DNA of 64,000 nucleotides from Paramoeba atlantica (taxonomy: Eukaryota > Protista > Discosea), in NCBI GenBank assembly GCA_977017575.1, contig CDRNVI010000044.1, forward strand, positions 926,759 through 990,758, written 5' to 3'. The stretch's first letter is position 1, and every line of letters begins with the position of its first letter. Of the stretch, positions 52,001-60,088 are shown in pieces. The position numbers and the translations under genes are program-made. A model generated the notes under the pieces. That model ran no database searches, was not told the origin of the DNA, and saw nothing but the letters and a program-made list of their open reading frames with translations.

Positions 52001-53488
52001 AGCACCTCCATGAGGTTTGTTTTTTGTGATCAGCGAAATCGCTTCTGTTAGAACAGGATGAGACAACTCAGGCTCTAAAGTTGTGAGATGCGCATGTCCC
52101 ATGTTGTACAATGCCTCCGGGAGAAGATGCTCCCGTACGCCTGGCCACTCCATGTTGCGACGCATGTGACAGATACTGCGTGAGTACTGCGTGACCGAGG
52201 CTAGAGGTTTCTCACGAGCGTATTGTAAAAAGTGGGCATATTCCAGGCCCGCCAGAAAAGCTTCTGGTCGTACTTTTAACAGGGAATCATACGCCACGTC
52301 AGCGACTTTGTAAAACCGTTTGGTGTGCAGAATACATTTCCTTGCAAGAAAAAGATTGCCGTACCAAAGTACTTGCGAATTGGTGGAATTTTGCTCTACA
52401 AGTTTCTGTAATAACTGAATTCCTTTCTCGCGTGACTCACAAAAAAAGAAGACGAACACGGAAAGTAGGTCCGAGCACCATTTGGACAATCGAGTGGAGC
52501 CTACATCGAACTGCACCGAATCTACATTCGAATTCTTTTCCGCAGCCTTGACGGCATCTTTTGCCTTATCCTTCATGCGAGCTTTTTCGTAGCATTCAGC
52601 TAATCGCAACTGTAGACGCACTGCGCGGGAGGGCTTGTCCGGCAAAGTAAGAAAAGAAACGCTCTTTTCGTAGATCTTACAAGCCAAGGCGAAACTCAGT
52701 ACAGGCATACCGGAAGAATTCTGCTTGGAGGACTCCACTTCGGGAGAATCGAACTGTTTGAGCATTGGGAGGAATGGTAACTTAGGGAGTGACTCATCCA
52801 TCAACTCACGTTCCACCACACCCAGAAGTGAGCAGTGCTCCACACAATCCTCAATACACTTTGCAAAATTCATATACACTCGCGCTCTCAACGCAGCATT
52901 CTTACTTCGGTCCCCGTGCTCCATGGCTTTAGCGTAAAGCGCTAGACTTTGCCTCGGGAGTCTCTTTTCAAAATGCACATGCAAGGCCTGTGAAAGCGAC
53001 CGTTCACATGCCCCGTCCTCTGTTGTTTTGAGATTCTGCATTCTTTTTGACTTTTCTTTCGACGCAGAACTCAAGAGTGAAGAGCTCGAGGGACGCAGCA
53101 GCACATTTAGGGTAGAACTGTGTGCGGGTGGCACGTGGGTTAAGGATTTAATCAGCCCGGGCGTGGGCTGATTGAGTCTTTTGGAGGAACGAATGCTATG
53201 GGTGTCAACATTTTTTGTGCGGGAGGGTAATTTGGAGCTCTCCTTTGTTTTATTCGAAGGTTCAGATTTGGTGCCTTTTGCTGTGTCGCAGCTAGGTGAG
53301 GATTCGGTTGAAGAGGGTACCTCACGTGTTGCTCCCTGAGACTTCTCCACTGACTTCTTGTTTTCTAGGGTCGCCGATGAGGCCTCCAGTTCTGGACACG
53401 TTTCTCTCATATTTGGTAGTTTACGTTCTCCAGATCGCATCGTTAACGAGCATGTTACAAAAAGATTCCTGTACGCACGGCGCAGCAT
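49043..53488 (-). CDS. Large TPR/HAT-repeat protein, possibly mitochondrial
   Basis: 1481 aa; repeated YA.FL...D...AE..Y..AL...P.N helical units; N-terminus MLRRAYRNLF resembles a mitochondrial presequence. Confidence 0.8.
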   Translation of the reverse strand: MLRRAYRNLFVTCSLTMRSGERKLPNMRETCPELEASSATLENKKSVEKSQGATREVPSSTESSPSCDTAKGTKSEPSNKTKESSKLPSRTKNVDTHSIRSSKRLNQPTPGLIKSLTHVPPAHSSTLNVLLRPSSSSLLSSASKEKSKRMQNLKTTEDGACERSLSQALHVHFEKRLPRQSLALYAKAMEHGDRSKNAALRARVYMNFAKCIEDCVEHCSLLGVVERELMDESLPKLPFLPMLKQFDSPEVESSKQNSSGMPVLSFALACKIYEKSVSFLTLPDKPSRAVRLQLRLAECYEKARMKDKAKDAVKAAEKNSNVDSVQFDVGSTRLSKWCSDLLSVFVFFFCESREKGIQLLQKLVEQNSTNSQVLWYGNLFLARKCILHTKRFYKVADVAYDSLLKVRPEAFLAGLEYAHFLQYAREKPLASVTQYSRSICHMRRNMEWPGVREHLLPEALYNMGHAHLTTLEPELSHPVLTEAISLITKNKPHGGACVGRIQLTLARALEECRDSKGAAGTYQLLVEQADKAVGGILPLQIDAMGRRKDLNAAEIYGRYAAFLSTQGDHELAETYFTKALSSPSIDLPTKMESLDAFIQLLRDMGEDARAAEAEDELFALVRHHNQQGVRLPLRSWVRRLDFLEASNRPNEAEEIYSFLMDSTHSLGAQDNNEILRRYAEHLQLKGRFEEAATRYKMCLERNPLNVHMLVQYAWCMSRVHQPNTLIRTAFEEAIRIYESHPDASRWDGCFTYGEYAVYLHDTEKDLVRAEEMYNKAVSSVGASESDNYAQVCANLAILYHTNGKAVESSHWFTASISTTVPQHGAWQLFLDTLIQSRAIEKGFATAQRMLELFPSEASGTYLRIAKLHELKSPSSVEDVLSSYYQSMLLGCAEKEKVTLEEICTKTSNIHAAAEYAAVLNYRMHRHQDAAMCYSILRRRMPTDSNIALHYGRMLYDHGIDFEGAREQFNTVLAADPGNLFALDFLSDYYQSQKGDLDAAEDCHLQALRLGRRDPPRAAHQYACFAMQNAEHTSLRGPYYESLYQSYPQDASAMGAYAIYMHLKLGPDDLRVAKLMNIQEKVEEEEEEDEAESKEAEPKMPSEKELRDRVTKIIAAVKKAMRKNRSVKRKTSPSGSTETSTWTAAKIKKLTKQTIEAIQKSESERCADTSPRLSETLPRVSVTYTEQEMFHRDRLNLIDTLYRNALEQEPSNTNHLQHYACFLATWRLNFLGAAEVFFRSLRQDPKNLNLLRLVVAFLFQYGYNHQNQLFLFYAEALFKEIFQLDASNVDCLLLYANYLNLVKHDSSGAEKVLAYVHDIIRAQQQSLTTGTSSAKLFSSDSTLEQQHLGQSESPVQGSDAKKNDDDTPTDQAEPIKPSHPTPSNISSAETMKEDVPAKTHCPSDAKLENNEVSEKEKASVPEGTLKIGNTKKALDQSPSEKDVGNTRPISDEKNDRRTTDNDPTERKEKPLTCQHRTKKGKD

Positions 53489-53687
53489 TCTGAATATGTC
53501 TTGGAAGGAAACAAAATAATAATTAAAATATTAGCTATCAAAAAAACAAAATTGCTAAGAATACATAATCCAAATTGTCAAAACAAATACCCACCATTTT
53601 CCAATTTATTACGCTAAAACCCATCACCCCTTAGTTTATATGCTATCACCCCATAGGCTATCACTACCCGTCCCCCTCCCTTATTCC

Positions 53688-54272
53688 CTATTTCCCCCGC
53701 CACACCACCCACCCCCTATACACCGACACCACCACCCCCACCCCTGCCATCACCATCGTACCCACCACCGCTACCTTCGCAAACACCCAATTCCGGGACC
53801 TGCACCGTGCCTGCACGGAGGTCGTGTCCCGGTACAGAGGCATCTGTCCCCGTACCCTACGTTCGAACCCATTCACCAGGGTACAGATGTTGGGTAACTC
53901 CCCGGTAATACGGGGAGTGGGACTACTCGTATTATTCGTAGTACTTGTCGTATTACGACGCGTATGACTCTTTCGAGTCGTATTACTCTTCCTCTCCCCC
54001 TCCCCCTCCCCCCACATTCGGTACAGCGGTGTGAAGTGCTGGAGTTCCCGCTCCATGAGTCCCACACAGGCGTGGTGGGTACAGAGCGAGCAGTGGGTCA
54101 CGGGGAACGACCCCACGGGGGAGCAGTCCCCGAGGTAACAGCAGTGACACAGACACAGCGTGGTGGGGGGAGGGGGGCTAGGAGGAGTAGTAGTGTTAGC
54201 ACTACAGAGCAGAGGGGTGGGGGAGAGGATAAGGAGATAGAGGAGATAGGGAGGGAAGCGAGGGGGTGGCAT
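53688..54272 (-). CDS. Small secreted or type-I membrane Cys-rich protein
   Basis: Signal-like YLLYLLILSPTPLLCSA; CLCHCCYLGDC...CSLCTHHAC...C...C; C-terminal hydrophobic helix VAVVGTMVMAGVGVVVSV. Confidence 0.6.
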   Translation of the reverse strand: MPPPRFPPYLLYLLILSPTPLLCSANTTTPPSPPPPTTLCLCHCCYLGDCSPVGSFPVTHCSLCTHHACVGLMERELQHFTPLYRMWGEGEGERKSNTTRKSHTRRNTTSTTNNTSSPTPRITGELPNICTLVNGFERRVRGQMPLYRDTTSVQARCRSRNWVFAKVAVVGTMVMAGVGVVVSVYRGWVVWRGK

Positions 54273-54591
54273 GGGGGAGGCTGGGGTGGGGGTTAAGATT
54301 GAGATGGGGGAAGGAGGGGGGGGAGGGGGAGGAGAGTGAGAGGGGGAAGAGGGGGGGATAGTGGTGGAGGGTGAGACATGAAGAGGTGAGAGAGGTAAAA
54401 AGGAAGGAAAAGGTAGAGGTTTTTTTGTGATTGAAATTAAGGAAAGGCAAAGTAGACGGGAGAAGATTTATAAGGCCCTTTAGAGGAATATGATTACCGT
54501 ATACCCCCACCTCAGTGATAGAATGGGCTTCGGGACAAAATCTCTTTTATTTGGGGGAATGCTTTTTTTGGGGGTGTTTTTCTTTATGCCC

Positions 54592-54745
54592 AGCCAACTC
54601 CGCTGCTCAGCCATCCCCATCCTCCCAACCACCCTCAGCTCGACCAGCCATCCTCACCTGTCCAGCCACCCCCGCCCACTCAGCCTCCTCAGCCAGCCAG
54701 CCTCCCGAGCCAAATCCCTGTTACTGGGGGGGGGGGGGGGGGGGG
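54592..54745. repeat. CAGCC/GGCTG-rich segment followed by a G20 homopolymer
   Basis: About 8 CAGCC copies in 54592-54705; G run 54726-54745. Confidence 0.85.
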
Positions 54746-54829
54746 CTATTCACAGTTGCATACAGTGTGACAACAGATTTCGATTTATAAATCATAAATC
54801 ACACATGTATAAATTTAATGTCCCTTTTC

Positions 54830-55093
54830 CTACCCATGAGAAGTGATGAGAAGAACTCCGTCGCCTCTAAGCCATAGTAAATCTTTTCGAGCTGTCTCAA
54901 TGGTTGGTTCTTTAGTGTGATTGCTTGCAGCACCATGTGTCTCATCAGGTAGAGTGTAAGAGATTTCCTCTCCTTCCTTTAACAACAAATTAAAGTATTC
55001 ATCGAAGGCAACCAGGGTCCCAGTAACTTGCTGATCGCCTTTCAGGTAGGCAGTAATGCGCTTGCGAAGTGACGAAAGAAGTAACTCGGTCAT
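54830..55093 (-). CDS. Sm-like protein, closest in pattern to LSm3
   Basis: Sm1 ITAYLKGDQQVTGTLVAFDEYFNLLLKEGEE; Sm2 LWLRGDGVLLI. Confidence 0.82.
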   Translation of the reverse strand: MTELLLSSLRKRITAYLKGDQQVTGTLVAFDEYFNLLLKEGEEISYTLPDETHGAASNHTKEPTIETARKDLLWLRGDGVLLITSHG

Positions 55094-55446
55094 AAAAAGC
55101 TAGTAATGGGAGTTAAAAAGATCCATATGTTTAATTGCAGAAAAACTTCTTGTGAAAAAGCGGTAAGGAGTAACGTGTAGTAAAAAAGAATAAATAGAAG
55201 TGAATTTATCAAGATGTTGACACAACCATAAATCGGAAATAAAAGATGTCATTGAGTGGTACGCAGCGAAAAAAGAATGTAAGCAAAACGACCTTATGCC
55301 AATAAATGAACGGAATATCAATCGACTTCAGGGGTAAAGTAGCGCCTCACACTGTTTTCATGGTTTAGATTGCGTGAATTGGCAAGGGCGAATTGGCAGA
55401 CTCATGAATGCATCTCAAGTGTGACTTAAGATTCTACTGGTGGCGT

Positions 55447-55698
55447 TCAACTCTCTTTATTAGAAATTTGTTCACTGTTTGAATCTTCCGGTTTGGCTTT
55501 TCCCTCCTTGATGCGCCGAAATTTGGATTCTATAAGGGCGGCTTCGTGGGGTATTTGTTGTGCCTTTATTTTTCCTCGAACACGACGCTTTTGTGACGTT
55601 AGGTGGCGCTTCATTTGGGGATGTCGAGCTGACAGTTTCCTGCGACGGGCTTTATTTTGTCGACGTGAAAGATAAGGGAAAAGTTTGCTTCGTCCCAT
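55447..55698 (-). CDS. Small basic hypothetical protein
   Basis: 83 aa, R/K-rich, on the cluster strand in a gene-sized gap. Confidence 0.45.
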   Translation of the reverse strand: MGRSKLFPYLSRRQNKARRRKLSARHPQMKRHLTSQKRRVRGKIKAQQIPHEAALIESKFRRIKEGKAKPEDSNSEQISNKES

Positions 55699-55996
55699 GG
55701 TGGAAAAATGTAGGTCCTTTCAAGTATTAATGAAATGTTGGAGTCCTTAACGTACAAAAACAAGCATCTCCTAAACGTACACACGAAAATTAACACAAAG
55801 GTAGTTGCAAAATGTACCAAAAGCAAAGTGTATGTACGAAAAGAAGTAGTGGCAATAAATTGCATGTGCGGGGATAAGACTTGGCAGCGAGTTGACAAGC
55901 CACCTTAGTTGGGAGCTATCATGATTACGCCGTAACCACTTGATACTGTCACCTCTGATGTACAAGTTTCTTGGAAGATGACGAATCCCTTAGAAT

Positions 55997-57166
55997 TCAC
56001 GTATAGGTAACGTAAATAACTATTCGAGGAGGGAATTCATATTCGCTTAATCGTATAGTAGAGTCCTTTGGAAGCTTTTTTATAGGATGTGATTGAACAG
56101 ATAAAGCAAGGCTTGCTTTATTGCCAGGCAAGGCGCCCTGCGCGACGGGTATCGGGTATTCGGCTAAATACTGTTCCACAAAATCATACACCGCGTCCGT
56201 TGTGTCCACGACTCGAAACTGGCGCATTACCGTTTTCCCCGTGGGCAAAATAATTTTGGTATACAGCACTTCCTCTCCTTCTGTCTCAACTCCTGTCTCC
56301 ACTTTCATGCTCTCAGTTCCGGAGGCTGATATCCCACACGTTGTGAGAACCTCAGGCACATATGCAGGGGTCTCTGGCACACAAGCAGGGGTACTCATTA
56401 CAGTCCTACCAACGCCCGCAACCTCCTCCGTTTCACCGACTTTTCCCCCAACCTCCACTTCCTCCCCTTTTTCCTCCCCCTCCCCACCCCCCCTTCCCCT
56501 CCCCGCATCCCTCCCCCAGGCCACTTCATATTCCCCCTGCTGGGTCTTTCGCAACCCCACCCGGCTCACCCCCTCCCCTCTCCTGGACGCCAGCGTCTCC
56601 CCCACCCCACGGTGCCTCTCCCCCACCACCCGACGCAGCTGGTCGACCACAGCCTCGGGGGGGAGTAGACGCCCGTGTTGTTCTCCTTCTTCTCCTTCCA
56701 CTCCTCCTTCCACTCCTCCTTCCACTCCTCCTTCTACTCTTCCCTCTACTCTCCGTTCTACTCCTCCTTCTACTCCTCTCTCTTCCCCTCCCTCCCCTGC
56801 ACTATACTGCATACGACAGATCAGTTGATCATGGCCGTGGATGCGGACCAGTACAGCGTAGAGCGGGGCCGAGACCCCGTGGAGGGCATGGAAGGCCGCG
56901 AGACCCTCGGGGGTGTGGAGGGGTCGTTGCCACAGTACAAAGTGGTGGTGGAGGAAGGAGCAGGAGGAGGGTGAGAGGGAGGGGAGGGGGGAGGCAGAGC
57001 AGGAGAAGGAGGGGGTAATGCAAACCAGGAGGAATTTGTGTTGGCGTGAGCTCTCGGCGAGGGCATCACGGTAGGAAAGAGGTTGTGGGGGGGAGGGGGG
57101 CATGGGGAGGAGTGGAGGGGTGGAGAGGGAGTGAGATGGCGGGGAAGGATAAAAAGACGAGCGCAA
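55997..57166 (-). CDS. UBX-domain protein (FAF1/UBXN-like, UAS plus UBX)
   Basis: N-terminal YRDALAES...KFLLVCI...FLHHHFVLWQ (UAS-like); C-terminal TKIILPTGKTVMRQFRVVDTTDAVYDFV...PIKKL...LSEYEFPPRIVIYV (UBX). Confidence 0.75.
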   Translation of the reverse strand: MRSSFYPSPPSHSLSTPPLLPMPPSPPQPLSYRDALAESSRQHKFLLVCITPSFSCSASPLPSLSPSSCSFLHHHFVLWQRPLHTPEGLAAFHALHGVSAPLYAVLVRIHGHDQLICRMQYSAGEGGEERGVEGGVERRVEGRVEGGVEGGVEGGVEGEEGEQHGRLLPPEAVVDQLRRVVGERHRGVGETLASRRGEGVSRVGLRKTQQGEYEVAWGRDAGRGRGGGEGEEKGEEVEVGGKVGETEEVAGVGRTVMSTPACVPETPAYVPEVLTTCGISASGTESMKVETGVETEGEEVLYTKIILPTGKTVMRQFRVVDTTDAVYDFVEQYLAEYPIPVAQGALPGNKASLALSVQSHPIKKLPKDSTIRLSEYEFPPRIVIYVTYT

Positions 57167-57434
57167 GGGGTTGACGGTGTTTGTAAATTAAGGTAGGGAT
57201 CAGTACAATGAAACCAATACAGGTAGGAAACCTGAAAAGACACTCATCGAAGTCCTTGTTTAGATGAAATGCATTGCTTTTTTTAGAGGAATGCATTGCT
57301 TTTTTTTGTCTACGTTTTTCCTGTGGGGGGTCATCTCTCCACCTTGGCGGACATTACGCGGATCTTGCCATAATGTCTCTGGATCTTGCACTAAAGGATA
57401 AAGATGCAGTTTCTGTGCCTTATTGGTACATTTT

Positions 57435-57508
57435 CCTAGCTCATCATTTCTCTCCCGGAAGCGGGCATATTTTTACTGTGTTCATGCCCGCTTCCGGATG
57501 ACGCTAGG
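57435..57508. repeat. GC-rich hairpin
   Basis: Perfect 14-bp arms CCGGAAGCGGGCAT (57455-68) / ATGCCCGCTTCCGG (57484-97), plus outer CCTAGCTCAT / ATGACGCTAGG stem. Confidence 0.88.
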
Positions 57509-57720
57509 CGGGGAACTGTCCCTCTTGTCATAAAGTAGAAGTGCGGCTCCCTTTTTACATTCCTCAATAACCCGGTCGGAACACGGTTGCGAGTCCCCAT
57601 GCGCTGCTGGACCCTTCTACGGGACCACGCGGCCTGCCTCCCCACTAACGTGACACCGGTACTTCTGCGCGCAGGAGGCTTCCATATACTGGAAGTCCCC
57701 CGCACGACGAGCAAACGCGT

Positions 57721-57841
57721 TACAGTGCGCCCAGTTGGTAAAGTCCCAAAAAACGGTTTCCCGAATGGTAACGTTTTTTTAGTAGTTACCCAAACTCGGT
57801 GGTAACTACTAAAAAAAACTTTACTATCGGGGCGCACTGTA
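57721..57841. repeat. Nested fold-back element (121 bp)
   Basis: Outer TACAGTGCGCCC / GGGCGCACTGTA (12 bp) plus GTAAAGT / ACTTTAC; inner perfect 17-bp T7AGTAGTTACC / GGTAACTACTA7. Confidence 0.9.
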
Positions 57842-57961
57842 TATGCGTGCTCGAGAGGATGCTCTATGGTGCCTCCCTTGCTCACCAGCCGTGGCGGATT
57901 CTGTGGGACCCCGATCACCATGACGCACGATGAACCATGACTTCATTTGCCAGCACGTATA

Positions 57962-58035
57962 CATGGCCCTGACCGTGTTGTATGATACAGTATGGTCAGG
58001 GCCATGGATTCATGATACAGTATCATGAATCATGG
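57962..58035. repeat. Double hairpin with shared internal 12-mer
   Basis: CATGGCCCTGACC / GGTCAGGGCCATG (13 bp), then GATTCATGATAC-A-GTATCATGAATC (12 bp); ATGATACAGTAT occurs at 57982 and 58012. Confidence 0.9.
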
Positions 58036-58099
58036 AAGTCATTTGTAGCATGTACGATGGGAATTCCATTCGCGTCCCACGGAAGGGAGTTAGCCCCCT

Positions 58100-58768
58100 C
58101 AACAGTGGTCGTATGAACACCATCCTCGGTTACCCACGCGTCTTGGGGGTGTTTCAACCCACACCAGCGACAAATGTCCAATATGCAGAACCGAAACGAA
58201 GACCACACGCCATTAGTAACCACACGCCATAAGTATCCTCTCCGGGTGTGCAAAATCACTCGAACAGGGCCCATACACCCTGCGGCATGATCTAGTACTC
58301 CAAACCCTAGCATTCCGTGTTGTCAATTCTCCTGCAACAAAAATCGCACACTTTGATCTTCCACAGTTCCGTTCCATTCCGTCGTCGCTCACAATCTTGG
58401 ACACTGAGCTCCGACCGGACGGCTGGGTGAAAGTTGCGAACGGGGAAGAATATATCATAGAGCTAACTTGCCCATGGGAGGAGAACCTTACCTACGCACA
58501 TGAGCGGAACATGAAGAAGTACACGAATATTTATCATTCCAGGAAGCTTGAACACCCAGCCACCTTTCTTTTGGTGTTCGAAGTAGGCGCGCGAGGGAAG
58601 CTCCACAGCTCAGCTCGAGCTCTGAACTCTCTTTTTCTTGGGAACGATAGTCTCATCGAGGCATGCCGGCAAAGTATGACCCAGAGCGCACTGCGAGGAA
58701 GTTTTAATTTTTTTCAGCACCGCGATGACGTAAACTGGATCCATGACCCAAATTCAAACGTTGCTTAA
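58100..58768 (+). mobile_element. Decayed 3' end of an RLE-type non-LTR retrotransposon (CCHC knuckle plus restriction-like endonuclease)
   Basis: One frame reads KCPICRTETKTTRH[21-bp insert with stops]ILSGCAKSLEQGPYTLRHDLVL...LRPDGWV...IIELTCPWEENLTYAHERNMKKY...FEVGARG; no RT motifs seen upstream. Confidence 0.85.
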
Positions 58769-58943
58769 ACTAAAAGTGAATTAAACGCGTCGTGTGCGCG
58801 GATAACGGAATTATTTTCCGATATTCACTTTACCAAATCTCTGCAGATTATCTGTATGATAATGTATATGAATGGCGATACTCCAACGATATCTCCTTTT
58901 GAAGCCGGGGACGTTATGACATGCCCCGTCCGTCCATATCCGA

Positions 58944-58985
58944 GTGACATATCCTCTCATCGGTTGTAGACAGAGGATATGTCAC
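58944..58985. repeat. Perfect 14-bp inverted repeat
   Basis: GTGACATATCCTCT (58944-57) / AGAGGATATGTCAC (58972-85). Confidence 0.9.
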
Positions 58986-59124
58986 CTAGTCGGACAAGTG
59001 AAGGGGGTGAACGGTCATCGAAGGGAGTGACGGTAATTCTTCTTAGCGTAATACACGGTTTATCACTTCGACAGTTCATGCAGTTGAAACAGTCCACATC
59101 AAGTACACACATGGTCATTCCGAA

Positions 59125-59853
59125 TCATACTGCTAATTGGCCTCCGAGATAAACATCCCGAGATAAACATCCGTTGGAGGCCGTAATATTTGTGTACCGA
59201 AAGTCATACTTCAAATCCAGACTACACAGTCTCACGTCGAATGCACCTTTGAGTTCACTGTTCCAAGACAACGTCAGGTCGGTCAAACTTGTCGGAAGTA
59301 ATGAAAAATCGACGAGGCCAAAAAAATAATTGCTTTGGACGTCGAACACCTCCAGTAAAGGAGGAAGCTGCAGAAGGTCGAGATTACCTATTAACTTATT
59401 GGAATACAGATAAATATGTAGGAGAGTCGGGGGAAACATCTCTAGGGGAAGTTCACAACGAAGCTGGGCACTCATCGCCTGAAGCGACATTAAACTTAAA
59501 GGCAAATATTTCCAAATTAACGTTTCTAGATCCGTAAAGGACCAGGCGATTCCTATAACTTGCTTCTCACAACATAGAATGCCATTCCACTCACAGGCAG
59601 GTGTGTTCGTGTCCCAGCTAGGATGCCTTTTCTCTACATTTTCAATAAGTCTTACCAAATCGTATTCTTGCGGCACGAAAACAGACCTTACCTTCGCTGC
59701 ACGTGGATTCTTTGAAGACTGCACGTCTGATGTCCGTAGCGCACGTAACAATGAAAAGGAATAAGTCATTGAAAATAGCAATGGTTTCGATTTATTAACG
59801 TCGACTATATATGGTTTACAGAAAATGAAAGAGGTTGTGAATAAATTGTTCAA
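59125..59853 (-). CDS. Leucine-rich repeat protein, paralogue of 45562-46368; start probably ATG 59769
   Basis: SWDTNTPACEWNGILC cap; LP..L....SN.L.G.LDL..LP repeats; fewer repeats than the paralogue, and the C-terminus contains a short tandem duplication (CCGAGATAAACATC x2). Confidence 0.85.
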   Translation of the reverse strand: MNNLFTTSFIFCKPYIVDVNKSKPLLFSMTYSFSLLRALRTSDVQSSKNPRAAKVRSVFVPQEYDLVRLIENVEKRHPSWDTNTPACEWNGILCCEKQVIGIAWSFTDLETLIWKYLPLSLMSLQAMSAQLRCELPLEMFPPTLLHIYLYSNKLIGNLDLLQLPPLLEVFDVQSNYFFGLVDFSLLPTSLTDLTLSWNSELKGAFDVRLCSLDLKYDFRYTNITASNGCLSRDVYLGGQLAV

Positions 59854-59976
59854 TCAAACTAACTATCGTAGAGATCAAAAGTACTGCGTATATTTCGTAT
59901 CTGAGTTTTCTGTAGCATGGCTTCGCGTCCTCTAAACTCTCTCAAGGTATTCAAAAGAAGTCAAATTCCGGCTTGA

Positions 59977-60013
59977 GGGCACGTTCGTTGAATGTTCAAC
60001 GAACTGAGTGCCC
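59977..60013. repeat. Hairpin upstream of the Merlin transposase
   Basis: GGGCAC-GTTCGTTGAA-TG-TTCAACGAAC-TGA-GTGCCC. Confidence 0.85.
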
Positions 60014-60088
60014 GTTCATTGAACATACCGTACGTGGCGAAATATTGAGGTTCGACCTGTTTGTAGGGGGTGTCCGGGGTGCGCCTGC

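Noticed and set aside
57580-57640. HDV-like ribozyme or Pr77-type retroposon signature
   Set aside because: A GTCCC/GGGAC pair exists, but the P1/P3/P1.1/P4 topology could not be built.
59857-59915. Spliced-leader RNA-like AACTAAC...TTTCTGTA
   Set aside because: Spacing is far longer than in the 39-nt SL exon, there is no GT donor or Sm site, and it is not tandemly repeated.
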